Shown here one piece after another: positions 28,623-39,836 of a stretch of 64,000 nt of DNA. The position numbers were made by a program, and so were the translations under genes. How positions within the stretch are numbered: position 1 is the stretch's first letter; each line of letters starts with the position of its first letter. Source of the stretch: an uncultured Candidatus Rokubacteria bacterium (GTDB taxonomy: Bacteria > Methylomirabilota > Methylomirabilia > Rokubacteriales > CSP1-6); NCBI GenBank assembly GCA_963771355.1, contig CAVYTA010000006.1:672001-736000 (forward strand), read 5' to 3'. The notes beneath the pieces are model-generated. The model worked only from the letters and a program-made list of their open reading frames with translations. It made no database searches and was not told the origin of the DNA.

Positions 28623-28635
28623 GTATCGTCCACCA
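28623..28635 (+). repeat. att site: 13-bp copy of the tRNA-Val 3' end
   Basis: GTATCGTCCACCA. Confidence 0.8.
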
Positions 28636-28686
28636 CGTCCAGCGCGCGGAGCAGGCCCGGCTCCGCGCGCTTCGTGGTGTCTGGGA

Positions 28687-29559
28687 TCAGCCCCGCGTCG
28701 CGGGCGGCGTATCCGGCGTGGGCCGCTCCTTGTGGAAGTAGCGCTTGGCCTGATCATAGCCGCACTGGAAGAGGTACTCCTTGTCCTCCCGGGAGATGCT
28801 CAGCTGCAGGGTGTGGACGCGGTCCGCCTGGATGAGGATGGTGTCCTGCCAGAGCGGGCCCGGCACGCGCTGATTCTCGAGGGCGGTCAGCATGGTATCG
28901 AGCAGGATCTTGGCGAAGTCCCACGGCCAGAGGACGCGCTTGTCGGGGATCTCCTTGGCCTTGCGGGACGACAGCCGCAGCATCATGGTCCGGCTCGCCC
29001 CCTCGGCGCCTGGAGACGCCTGCAGCATCTCGAGACCGGCCGGGATCCAGGGCATGAGCTGGCCGTCGGCGAGCAGGCGGCCCTCCGAGCGCAGCGGCCG
29101 CCACACCCACGGAATGGCCATGGAGCAGCGCACCGCGCGGCTCACCGCCAGGTCGGGCGTGTTGGCGCGGGAAAAGAACACCGGCCGATGGCCGATGAGA
29201 TCCACCGAGATGACGAACAGATCATGAGGGAGGTCGCGAAAGCGCGCGCCCTGTACCTGCTCGTCCACCCATTTCTCGAAAGCGTTGCCGGAATAGATCC
29301 CGCCCTCGAGAAGCAGGCCCCGCAGCGAGATGTCCTTGAAGGTGCCGAAGTCCGTCTCCAGCAGCTTGGCGTAGATGCGGTCCACCGGCCAACCCGCGGC
29401 GACGAGCGCGCCCACGATGCTGCCCGCGGAGGCCCCGGCCACCGCGCCGAAGGTCACCCCCATGTCGCGGAAGGCGCTCAGCGCCCCCACATAGGCGGAC
29501 AGCCGTACGCCACCTCCTCCCATGATGAGGTTGATCTTGGTACCGGTCTCCGAGGTCAT
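28687..29559 (-). CDS. Patatin-like phospholipase
   Basis: GGGGVR, GASAG nucleophile elbow, AVRCSMAIP and DGQ (DGG variant). Confidence 0.88.
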   Translation of the reverse strand: MTSETGTKINLIMGGGGVRLSAYVGALSAFRDMGVTFGAVAGASAGSIVGALVAAGWPVDRIYAKLLETDFGTFKDISLRGLLLEGGIYSGNAFEKWVDEQVQGARFRDLPHDLFVISVDLIGHRPVFFSRANTPDLAVSRAVRCSMAIPWVWRPLRSEGRLLADGQLMPWIPAGLEMLQASPGAEGASRTMMLRLSSRKAKEIPDKRVLWPWDFAKILLDTMLTALENQRVPGPLWQDTILIQADRVHTLQLSISREDKEYLFQCGYDQAKRYFHKERPTPDTPPATRG

Positions 29560-29714
29560 GATCTGGCCGAATGGGCCCGGGTACGTCGCCGGGGGCCCGG
29601 CCCGCAAATCATCTCTGGAACGGCGCCACGGCGCAACAATTGCGTGGTGGAGATGGCCGGCGCCCGCCGCCGCCGCCGCGCGGGAGAGTGACGACTCATG
29701 CTAGAGTTTTACTC

Positions 29715-32700
29715 GTGATCGGCCCCAGCCGCCCGCGCTTTCGTCTCCTCGTTCTGCTCGCCCTGGTAGCGGGCGTCGCTGCCTTCTCGGGCTGTACGCA
29801 GAGCCCCGAGGTGAAGAAGCAGAAGGCCGTCGCGCGCGCGGAGGCCTTCCTCAAGAGCGGCAAGGCGAACGAAGCGATCATCGAGCTGCGGAACGCGCTC
29901 CAGGTCGACAAGGACTATGTCCCCGCCCTTCACGCGCTGGGACGCGCCTACATGGCGAAGGCCTGGTACGGGGACGCCGTCCGCGAGCTGAGCCGGGCCC
30001 AGAAGGCAGCGCCGGACCAGCTCCCGATCGCGATCGACCTGGGACGGGCGTCCGTGGAGTCGGGGAACTTCCCGGAGGCGGACAAGCAGGCCGATTTCGT
30101 CCTCTCGCGCGAGCCCCAGAACGGAGCCGCGCTCCACATCCGCGCGGCGACTCGCCTCGGCCAGGGCAAGGTCGAGGAAGCGCTCGCGGTGCTGGACGGT
30201 ATCGCCAAGGCCGGAGGGAGCGTGCCGGGCGAGACCGCGCCCCTCCGCGCGCAGGCCCTGGAGCGGCTCGGCAAGCTGGTAGCGGCGGAAGAGGCCTACC
30301 GCGCCGCGGTGAAGGAGAATCCCAAGGACGTGAAGAGCCTGGTCGGTCTCGGCTCCTTCCATCTGCGCCGCGGCGAGTTCGCCGAGGCAGAGAAGATCTA
30401 CAACCAGGCCAAGACCACTCAGCCGAACAACAGCGACGTCCAGCTCGGGCTCGCCGCCTCCGCGGCGGGCCAGGGACAGCTGGCGGCGGCTATCAAGATC
30501 CTCGAGTCGATCGAGCCGCGCGCGCGCACGCCGCGCGTCGTCCTCGCGCTCGCCGGCTACTACCTGCGGGCGAACCAGCCCACAAACGCGAGCGCCTTGC
30601 TCGTGGCCATCGTCGAGCGCGCCCCCAACTACCGGCCGGCGCGGATGCTCCTCGGGCGCGCGTACTTGCTCGGCAACCGGCCCCAGCTCGCGGTGATACA
30701 GTTCGAGGAGCTGCGCAAGCAGATGCCCGGAGACGCCTCGGTGCAGTTCCACCTCGCCCAGGCGTACGCGCGGGTGGGTCGGGCCCGGGAGGCGCTGGCC
30801 CTCCTCGAGGCGGTGGCCAAGCCGCTCGACAAGACCCCTGTTTTCCACTTCGAGCGCAGCCGGGTGCTCCTCGCGGTGGGGCGTCCGGACGACGCGTACA
30901 AGGCAGCGAGCGCCGCGCAGGCCCTCGCGCCGCAGGCCGCCCAGGCCTATCTCCTCATGGGACAGATCCGGGCCCAGCAGGGCGACCGGAAGGCGGCCCA
31001 AGCACACTTCACGAAGGCGGCTGAGATGGACGCCAGCTACGCGCCCGCCCACGTGGCGCTGGGCCGGCTGCGTGCGATGCGACAACGACGTCGAGGGGGC
31101 CCTCCAGGAGTTCGACGAGGCGATCAAGGCCGATCCCAAGTCGGTGAGCGCGGCGGTCGTCAAGGTCGATACCCTGGTCCGCCAGAAGCGAACCGGGGAG
31201 GCGATCAAGTTCGCAGAGTCCATCGTGAAGGCCGAGCCGTCGAACATCGGGTTCCGATCTCTGCTCGCGTCGCTCTACGTTCGGGACCGGCAGTTCGAGA
31301 AAGCACGCGCGGCCTACCAGGAGGCGGCCAAGCTCGCGCCCAAGGCCGCCGGGCCGCAGCTCGGGCTGGCCCGCGTCGCGCTCGCCCAGCAGAAGGACGA
31401 GGAGGCGATCCGAAACCTCCAGGCGGTGGTGAAGGCGCAGCCCGACCATCCCGAGCGCGGTGCTCCTCCTCGCCGGCATCGCCGACCGCCTGGGCCGCTA
31501 CGATCTCGCGGCCTCGACGCTGGAAGGATCGCTCAAGGTGGCGCCCGGAGCAAACGTCCCTGGCGGCGCAGTCTCGCGGAGGTGTACGTCCGGGCCGGCC
31601 GCTTCGACGACGCCATCGCGCGGGCCACCCAGATCCTGGCCCAGAATCCCGAGATGCCGGGTGTCCTCCTCATTCGCGCGCAGGCGTACATGGCCAAGCG
31701 GGATGGGGAGTCCGCGATGAAGGACCTCGCCACGGTCGTCCGCCTCAACCCCAAGGAGCCCGCCGCCCATTACTTCCTCGCGCGCGGCTACGCCGTGCAG
31801 GGGCGCATTCCCGAGGCGCAGGCGGCCTATCGCGAAGCCCTCAAGCTGAACCCGAATCTGGGCGTGGCCAAGGAGGAGCTGGCCGCCCTGTCCGGCCAGA
31901 AGCCTGACCCGGCCGGGGCCCAGAAGCGCATCGCGGCGCTACGTGCCGCCGTCGAGAAAGACCCGAAGAGCGCCAATCTGCGCGAGGCGCTCGCGAACGC
32001 CCTCCTGGTGAATGGCGACGTTGCGGGAGCGGAGCCCCACTTCAAGGCCGTGCTCGAGTCAGCGCCGAATCACCTCGGGGCCAACCTCCAGATGGCCCGG
32101 ATCCGACTGCAACAGGGCAAGGCCGACGAGGCCGAGACGTATCTGCGCGGCGCCTTGCGGGGGAGCCCGGAAAGCCTCGAGGCCAATGTCTGGCTGGGCC
32201 GCCATCTGGTGAGTCGGGGGCGGCGCGAGGAGGGTCTTCGGCACCTCGAGACCGCACTGCGCGTGAACCCCAACCATGGCCGATCTGAAGCTCGAGGTGG
32301 GTAGCCTCTACGCGCAGAGTGGACGTCTCCCCGACGCGCAGCGGATGGCCGAGGAGCTCGAGAAGATGCTCCCGAAGAGCGCCGAGCCCCTGGTCCTCAA
32401 GGGGACGGTGTTGCTCGCGCGCCGGGAGTTCAAGCCGGCGGGGGACGCGTTCACGGCAGCGGTGGCCCGCCGGCCCGATCTCGTGAGCGCGCACCGGGGA
32501 CTGGCGCAGGCGCTGGAGGCGCAGGGACAGATGGATCGCGCCATCGAGTCGTATCGGAAGGTCCTGAGCCTGAACGGTAACGACGTCGTGGCCCTGAACA
32601 ACCTCGCCTGGGTCCTGCTCGAGACGAAGAACCGACCAGACGAGGCGCTCACGCTGGCCACCAAGGCGGAGCAGCTGGCGCCCGGCGCGGCCGAGGTGGC

Positions 32701-32941
32701 CGACACGCTCGGCTGGGTGCAGTTCCGAAAGGGCGCCTACAGCGAGGCGGAGAAGGCCCTGAGCCGGGCCGCCGAGCGCGCCCCCAAGAGCGCCCAGATC
32801 CAGTACCACCTCGGCATGACGTACGCCAAGCTGGGCAAGAAGAACGACGCTGTCTCCTCCCTCCGGCGGGCCGCGCAGCTCGATCCCAAGCTGGCTCAGG
32901 CCGAGAAGATCGCCGACGTGATCAAGGAGCTGGGCGGCTAG
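29715..32941 (+). CDS. Large TPR-repeat lipoprotein, PrsT-like (several frameshifts)
   Basis: AFSGC lipobox, EAIIELRNALQ, many TPRs, C-terminal ALNNLAW...VADTLGWV...IQYHLGM; PEP-CTERM context. Confidence 0.82.
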
Positions 32942-33032
32942 GGCTCCCGTTACAGGCATTCTTCCCCGTTATTTGTGTACTTTTCAGGGGTTTAGTATAC
33001 TGTCACCACCCTGACGAATCTCGGGGTGCCAG

Positions 33033-34159
33033 ATGGTCGACATCGCCCGCAAGAACCTCTTCCACGACCGCACACGGTTCGTTATTACCGTGATCGGGGT
33101 AACCTTCTCCGTGGTGCTGATCTTCTCCCAGTTCGGCATCTACCTGGGTTTCATGGAGAACGCCTCGATCATCATCGACAACACGCAGGCCGACATCTGG
33201 ATCACCTCGAAGAACTCCGCCAACTTCGACTTCCCCGTGCCCTTCAGCGAGCGCAAGCTCAACAAGGTGCGGCAGACCCCCGGGGTGGCCTGGGCCGACA
33301 ACCTCATGCTCGGCTGGGCCAACATGCGGCGAAAAGACGGGGGCCAGGAAAACATCGAGCTGGTCGGGTTCAACCCCGAGACGGGCGTGGGCGGCCCGTG
33401 GCGACTGCTCGCCGGCGATCTCCAGTCGGTGAAGGCCGGCAAGATCCATCATCGTGGACGAGTCGGCCTTCGCGAAGCTCGGGGTGCTCAAGATCGGCGA
33501 CTAACGTCGAGATCAACGAGCAGAGGGTGCGGGTGGTGGGCATCAGCCAGGGCGTGCGAGGGTTCACCACCGCCCCCTACATCTTCACGTCCTACCGCGC
33601 CGCCCAGGACCTCGACCCCTTCGCCGCGACGCGGACGGTGTTCATCGTGGTCGCGGGTCGCGCCCGGCTACGACGCCGCGCGAGGTGGCGGCGCGGCTGC
33701 GCGAGATCCGCGACGTGGACGTCTATACCCGCGACCAGTACTCGTGGAAGACGCGGCTGTACTGGACCTGGGAGACCGGCATCGGGGTCGGCTTCGGGCT
33801 CACCGTGCTCATGGCCATCATCGTGGGCGTGGTCATCGTGAGCCAGACCATCTACAGCGCCACCATCGAGCACCTGCGTGAGTTCGGGACGCTCAAGGCG
33901 ATCGGAGCCACCAACCGCGACGTCTACCTGATCATCCTCAAGCAGGCCCTCATCAACGCGCTCATCGGATACGGGATCGGTCTCGGCCTCACCCTGCTGG
34001 CGGTGCGCACCTCGGGCGCCACCGGGCTCGTCATGGTCATTCCCCCCGGGCTCATGGCTGGCGGTGTTCGTCCTCACGGTGGCGATGTGCGCCACCGCGT
34101 CGGTGGTGTCCGTCCGCAAGGCGCTCAGGGTGGACCCACTGGTGGTCTTCCGTTCGTGA
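33033..34159 (+). CDS. ABC exporter permease, FtsX/MacB/DevC-like (frameshifted)
   Basis: IARKNLFHDRTRFVITVIGVTFSVVLIFSQFG; IVSQTIYSATIEHLREFGTLKAIGA. Confidence 0.88.
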
Positions 34160-34832
34160 GCACCACCCTCGAGGCGGAGCACGTCACCAAGATCTACCAG
34201 GAGGGCGCGTTCGAGGTTCCCGCGGTGCAGGACGTGACGCTCACCGCGCGCGCCGGCGAGGTGGTCGCCATCCTCGGCCCCTCGGGCAGCGGCAAGACCA
34301 CGCTGCTGTCCATGCTGGGCTGCATGCTCCGCCCGACGTCGGGGACCATCACCATTCACGGCGAGACGCGTGTCCGACCTCGACGAGGGCCAGCTGCCCT
34401 GGGTGCGCCGGCGTTACGTGGGGTTCATCTTTCAGAGCTTCAATCTCTTCGCCGCGCTCTCCGCGGCGGAGAACGTCGAGGTGGTGCTCCAGCTCAAGGG
34501 TCTGGAGCGGAAGAGCCGGCGTGATGAGTCGCTCCGCGCTTCTCGATCTCGTGGGGCTCGGCCAGCGCGCCGACTTCCTGCCCCGTGACATGTCCGGCGG
34601 CGAGCGCCAGCGCGTCTCGATCGCGCGGGCGCTCGCCGGCGATCCGCCCCTCATCCTGGCGGACGAGCCCACCGCCAACCTGGACGCGAAGAACGGAGAA
34701 CAGGTGATGAAGCTGCTCCATGCCGTGACGCGCTCGGATGGCCGCACCGTGATCATCGTGACGCACGATCACCGGGTGATGCCCTACATCGACCGCAGCG
34801 TCCGCATCGAGGACGGGAAGCTGGTGGCCTGA
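34156..34832 (+). CDS. ABC exporter ATP-binding protein, DevA/LolD-like (frameshifted)
   Basis: GPSGSGKTT, GFIFQSFNL, MSGGERQRV, ILADEPTANLD and VTHD. Confidence 0.92.
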
Positions 34833-36151
34833 TGCGCATGCCCAAGCAGGTCATTCTCGTGCTGGTGCTGGTGATCGTGGCGCTGGGCGCCACCGCCTAC
34901 GGCTTCACCGGCTGGCGCCGGGGCCAGTCCGACAAGTCGGTGGCGGTCCGCGTGGGGAACATCCGGCAGACGGTGGCCGCCATCGGGCGGGTCGAGCCCT
35001 TCACCGAGGTGACCCTCGCCAACAAGATCCCGGGCCGGATCCGCGAGGTGCTCGTCAAGGAGGGGGACCAGGTCAAGCGCGGCCAGGTGGTGATCCGCTT
35101 CGACGACGCCGAGCCCGCGGCCGGCGTGCGGATGGCCCAGGCGCGCATCGACACCGCCCAGGCCGAGGTTCGGCGGGCCACCCGCGCGCTGGCCAGCGCC
35201 CGCGCCCGCTGGATGGAGGCGAAGAGCGGCCCGCGGCCGCAGGAGATCGCGAGGGCCCGCGCCGAGGTGGCGGAGGCGCAAGCAGAAGCAGCACTTCTCG
35301 GAAGTGGAGCGGAACCGCATGAAGCGGCTCCTGGACGGCGGTTATATCGCGCGCGCCCAGTACGACGCCGAGGAGACCAATGTCGAGGTCTGGCACGCCC
35401 GGGTCCGGGTGGCGGAGGAGGCGCTCAACCTTCTCCTCGCCGGGTCCAAGGCGGAGACGGTGGCGTCGGCGTGGGCGCAGGTCCAGGAGGTCGGAGGCCG
35501 AGCTGCGCCGCGCGGAGAGCCAGGTCCGGCAGGCGCAGGCCGAGCTGGGGGTGGCCCGCGCGGCGCTGGGGTCCACCGTCGTCGAGAGCACGCTGGATGG
35601 GAAGGTGACCCGCAAGCTCGTGGAGCCCGGCGAGGCGGTGGACATCAGCATGCCGCTCATGATCCTCGGCGACCTGCAGAAGATCATCGTCAAGGCGGAG
35701 GTGGACGAGACCGACGTGGGCAAGCTCGCCGCTGGGGCAGCGCGCCGAGGTCACGGCGGATGCCTATCCCGGGACGAGTCTTTCCGGGTCGCAGTCTACG
35801 AGATGGGGCAATCGGTCGGGAAGCGGAAGGTCGAAGCCCGGAGGATCCGGTCAAGATCCAGGACATGAAGGTGCTGGAGACCAAGATCGAGATCACGGAA
35901 GGCGGCGACGAGCTGAAGCTCGGGATGACGGTGGACGTGCGCATCCTGGTGGCTCACAGGGACAAGGTGCTGGTCATGCCCAAGCGGCTGGTGCCGCGCG
36001 GGCGCCCGGGAGGCCACCGTGCGCGTGTCGGGGCCGCAGGGCGAGCAGACGCGGCTCATCAAGCTCGCGGCGCGGGATGACGAGAACGTCGAGGTGCTCG
36101 AAGGGCTCGCGTGAAGGGGAGCGGATTGTCGTGACCACCAAGGGGAGGTGA
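34832..36151 (+). CDS. HlyD-family periplasmic adaptor / membrane fusion protein (frameshifted)
   Basis: N-terminal TM, GRIREVLVKEGDQVKRGQ lipoyl half, long coiled coil, KAEVDETDVGKL and LKLGMTVDVRI. Confidence 0.88.
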
Positions 36152-36221
36152 GGTGCAGCGAGCGAATCGAGCCTTGCCTACGCTGACGTCAGCCTTTCAA
36201 CATTCCGAAGGAGGAAAGAGG

Positions 36222-37016
36222 ATGATCCCCGGATCGGAGCGCCCTCTAGACTGCCCGCGTGAGCACTCTGCCGTCCCCATCGCCGGGGGGGCGGACCCGC
36301 CCGCCGAGCCGCAGGTCGTCCTGCCCAAGCGGTACTTCGATTTCAAGCGGCTGGAGCCCCGCAGCGGCCTCTGGGACTCGGTCCAGGCGCTGCGCTACGA
36401 CGTGTATTGCCTCGAGTGCAAGTACCTCGACCCCGCCAAGTATCCGAACGAGCGCGAGACCGACGAGTACGATCCCTACTCCGTGCACTTCGCGGCCACC
36501 AATGAGCGGGACGAGATGGTGGCGACACTCCGACTGGTGCGGGATTCGCCCCTGCGGTTTCCCCTGGAGCAGCATGCGGGCGCCTTGTCGCCGGCGTTCC
36601 GGGCGCTGCCCCGGGACAAGACGGCGGAGATCTCCCGCCTCATCCTGGCCCGGAGTTATCGGCGCCGGGCCAACGACGGCCTCTACGGTCAGGAGCTGGG
36701 CGACCCGGAAAAGGAAGCGCAGGCTCAGGCCGAGGCGACCTACCGACGCAGCCAGTACCCTCTGATCCTGTTCGGCCTGTTCAAGGAGATGTATCTCGAG
36801 AGCGTGAACATGGGATTCGAGTACTGGGTCGCCGCCATGGAGGCCGGGCTCCAGCGGATGCTCTCCAAGTTCGGGCTGGGGTTGGTGCAGGTCGGAGAGC
36901 CGATGAGCTACTACGGCGAGGTCATCCCGTACTATGCCAGCATCCGGCAACTCGAGCAGTTCTTGATGCAGAGCCGTCCGGACGTGTTCCAGTTCTTTGC
37001 CCCCGCTCAGAGCTGA
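36222..37016 (+). CDS. PEP-CTERM/exosortase-associated N-acyl amino acid synthase (GNAT/LuxI-like fold)
   Basis: LRYDVYCLEC, ETDEYD..SVH, TLRLV, FPLEQH, AEISRL..YRRR..DG and YYGEVIPY; AGGAGG RBS. Confidence 0.85.
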   Translation: MIPGSERPLDCPREHSAVPIAGGADPPAEPQVVLPKRYFDFKRLEPRSGLWDSVQALRYDVYCLECKYLDPAKYPNERETDEYDPYSVHFAATNERDEMVATLRLVRDSPLRFPLEQHAGALSPAFRALPRDKTAEISRLILARSYRRRANDGLYGQELGDPEKEAQAQAEATYRRSQYPLILFGLFKEMYLESVNMGFEYWVAAMEAGLQRMLSKFGLGLVQVGEPMSYYGEVIPYYASIRQLEQFLMQSRPDVFQFFAPAQS

Positions 37017-37037
37017 CCCCCGAGTGAACCTCCCCTC

Positions 37038-38459
37038 ATGAGCCTGTCCGAGACCCGGGAGATCCTCGACTTCCTCCGGTCCGCGGAGCCGGAGATGCTC
37101 GAGCAGATGGGCGAGGGGGCCGTGATCGCGGCGTTCCAGAGCGCCGCCGCCGAGGTGCCGGCCTACCGTGACCTCCTCGCGCGCCAGGGGATCGACCCGG
37201 CCGCGATCACCGACATCGAGACGTTCCGGGCGCGGGTGCCCCTCACCGACAAGGCCACGGTCTTCCGCGCGTATCCGCTCCACGAGCTCTTCCGGGGCGG
37301 GAGCCTGGACGAGATCAAGTCCTTCGTCCCGAGCTCGGGTCTGTCGGGCGCCTTCGCCTTCAGCGGCGATACCGCCGAGGGCTTCCGGCTCGCCGCCAAG
37401 GGCGCGGATCTGGCCCTCGAGTACACGCTGGGTATCTCCAAGCGCCGCGCGCTCCTGATCAATACCTATCCCATGGGGCTCCAGGTGCCCACGAGCATGG
37501 CGGTGGCCAATACCGGGGTCAATGCCGACGTGGCGATCGCCATGGTCCGGGCCTGCGCCCCGTACTTCGAGCAGATCGTCGTGGTCAGCCAGCCGCTGTT
37601 CGCCAAGAAGCTGCTCGAGGACGGCGCCGAGCAGGGCGTGGACTGGAAGGCGCATCGGACGACCCTGGTCGCGGGCGGCGAGGGGTTCGTGGAGAGCTGG
37701 CGCACCTATATCTCGGGGCTCCTCGGGATCGCCGATCCGGACAATCCGACGGAGACCTTCGTGGCGTCGAGCATGGGCGCGGGGGAGCTCGGGCTCAACC
37801 TCTTCCACGAGGTTCCCGAGACGATCCGGATCATTCGCCGCGCCTACCGGGATCGCGGCTTCCGCGCGGCGCTGCTCGGTGTCGACATCCCTTACACGCC
37901 CCACTTCTTCGTCTACTACCCCATGCGGAGCTTCGTCGAGGACATCTCGGTGGAGGGCTCGCCGGTCGGGGAGCTGGCGGTGTCCCTGGCCAGCGCCGAC
38001 CTCGCCATGCCCCAGTTCCGTTACCGGACCGGTGACCTCATCCGCATCGTGCCCTTCCGGCGGCTGGCCGAGGTTCTCGAGCGCCACGCGCCCGATCTGG
38101 CCCCTCCGGGCCTCCGCCTCCCCTGCGTGGCGGTGTTCGGGCGTCGGGGCGGGCTGGCTATCGGGGGCCAAACCGTGACCGCGGAACTGGCCAAGGAGGC
38201 GCTGTTCGCCGATCCGGAGCTTGCCCGGGCAACCACCGGCTTCTTTCGCCTGTCTCCCGGCCACGCCGGCAGCCTCAGCCTGGAGGTCCAGATCCGGGAG
38301 GGGCAGGCGGCGTCCGGAGAGCTCCGCGACCGGCTGGCGGCGATCCTTGGGGCCTATCTGCCGGGACTCGACTGCGCGGTCCGGCTCTACGCCTTCCAGG
38401 ACTTCCCCTATCCGACCACCTACGAACGAAAGCATGCCTACCTTGCATCGCACCCCTAG
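37038..38459 (+). CDS. Phenylacetate-CoA-ligase-like (PaaK family) adenylating enzyme
   Basis: VPAYR...VPLTDK, degenerate P-loop PSSGLSG, GGEGF, MGAGE and FRYRTGD. Confidence 0.75.
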   Translation: MSLSETREILDFLRSAEPEMLEQMGEGAVIAAFQSAAAEVPAYRDLLARQGIDPAAITDIETFRARVPLTDKATVFRAYPLHELFRGGSLDEIKSFVPSSGLSGAFAFSGDTAEGFRLAAKGADLALEYTLGISKRRALLINTYPMGLQVPTSMAVANTGVNADVAIAMVRACAPYFEQIVVVSQPLFAKKLLEDGAEQGVDWKAHRTTLVAGGEGFVESWRTYISGLLGIADPDNPTETFVASSMGAGELGLNLFHEVPETIRIIRRAYRDRGFRAALLGVDIPYTPHFFVYYPMRSFVEDISVEGSPVGELAVSLASADLAMPQFRYRTGDLIRIVPFRRLAEVLERHAPDLAPPGLRLPCVAVFGRRGGLAIGGQTVTAELAKEALFADPELARATTGFFRLSPGHAGSLSLEVQIREGQAASGELRDRLAAILGAYLPGLDCAVRLYAFQDFPYPTTYERKHAYLASHP

Positions 38460-38543
38460 ATGCTGTGTCGGAGTTCTTTTCAAGTCTGGGGGTGGGACGG
38501 GGTGGCCTATGTATATGTTGTTGAAATAACGGAGTAATATCTG

Positions 38544-38560
38544 TGGCACAGGGGATGCAA
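38544..38560 (+). promoter_or_regulatory. Sigma54 -24/-12 promoter for the CTERM gene
   Basis: TGGCACAGGGGATGCAA (GG-N10-GC), preceded by an AT-rich tract. Confidence 0.8.
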
Positions 38561-38627
38561 CAGGGTTGGTCAGCAAGCCGGAGTGTAAACTGGCGGCCAA
38601 CTCGGTCATAGAAAGAGGAGATCAGAT

Positions 38628-39630
38628 ATGAGAAGCAGGTTCCTGAAGGGTGCGCTGGCTGTCGTGGCGATTGTCGCCACGGCGGGCCTCTTCCCGGTTG
38701 CCGCCTCGGCCGCAACCTTCGATTACTCCCTCTCGGGCGGGTTCTTCTTCGATCCGGCCCTAGCGGAGAACACCCTGCCCAACCCCACGCAGGGCAATGG
38801 CACGCTGGGCGGCCTCGAGCTGTCGGGTCTGGTCACGAACCCCACCGGGCTTCCGGCTGGCTCGACGGCACCCGCGAACACCTACCGTGACATCGGCTGG
38901 GGTTGCGGCGCGGGCGGCACCAACTGCGCAGCGACGGGCACCAACGTCGTAGCGACGAGCCCGTTCGATGGCCCGAACGCTCCTGAGCGCAGCGCGCTTC
39001 GAGTCGACACGGTGAGAGGCGCCGGCGACCCGATTCAGCTCGCTACGCCGGCGCCGCTTCCGGCCACCTGGGACGGACCCCTGACTGGGGTTACGGCTGC
39101 CTTCGACCCGACGCCCACCAGCGGCGACATCACGTCGAACGGCAACTGGGTGTTCATTTCCAATATCTTCCACGACAACTCGGCGATCGACGACGACTCC
39201 ATCAACCTCGTCGAAGCGATCATCCGGACCAATCTGTTTATCTCGTCGGGCTTCAGCCAGCTTGACAGCGACGTGCAGATCGAATTCGACAGAGACGTTC
39301 AACGGGGGCGTCTGCCCCGGTCCGAATGTCGGCCCTGCCTTGCAACGACTGCTTCAGCTTCACGACCGATACGTTCGGCGAGGTGACGTTCGAGTCCGGC
39401 GGCATCACCTATCTCCTCCAGTTCGACCTCTTCACCAACGACCCGAACATCGTCATCATCGGTAACACGGTGTGGACGGGTGAGGGCGACATCAACGACC
39501 TCTGGGTCATCATGCGGCTCACCGAGATCGCCGGTCCCGCTGCCCGGGCAGCCTGCTCCTCCTCGGCGCCGGCTTCCTCGGCACCGCGGCGCTCGGAGTC
39601 GTGCGGCGTCGGCGGGCCATTCGGAAGTAA
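38628..39630 (+). CDS. Secreted PEP-CTERM-class protein with VPLPG sorting signal (THxN-like; frameshifted)
   Basis: Signal peptide; FHDN and ETFN...C..CND.F motifs; tail VPLPGSLLLLGAGFLGTAALGVVRRRRAIRK once indels are bridged; AGAGGAG RBS. Confidence 0.82.
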
Positions 39631-39654
39631 CGCCGAATCCGGTAGTGCTCTCCT

Positions 39655-39691
39655 GGGCGGGCGGCCTTCGGGCCGCCCGCCCTTCGCTTTT
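39655..39691 (+). terminator. Intrinsic terminator
   Basis: GGGCGGGCGGCC-TTCG-GGCCGCCCGCCC followed by TTCGCTTTT. Confidence 0.85.
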
Positions 39692-39836
39692 GCGGCACGC
39701 GCTCGGATTACCCGTCATTGCGGTTGGTCGAGTCGTGACGGTGCCTTATGATGGAACTATGAGCTCCTCGCTTTCGCGCTTCACTCCTCGGGTACGCAGG
39801 CTTCCGCTCATTCGAGAACCTGGTTAGAGGAGCGTC

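Larger units (their letters stand above)
26289..28635. mobile_element. 2.3-kb integrase-less islet at the tRNA-Val 3' end
   Basis: GTATCGTCCACCA at 26289-26301 repeated at 28623-28635; internal 20-bp repeat near both ends. Confidence 0.75.

Noticed and set aside
28687..29559. CBASS patatin (CapV-like) effector
   Set aside because: No CD-NTase or other CBASS gene adjacent, and it lies outside the att-bounded islet
29715..36151. Programmed frameshifting or phase variation in TPR/ABC genes
   Set aside because: Indels are numerous, scattered and not at slippery or long homopolymer sites; sequencing error is simpler
36222..37016. LuxI acyl-homoserine-lactone synthase
   Set aside because: No LuxR nearby; motifs and exosortase context fit the PEP-CTERM-associated acyltransferase family better
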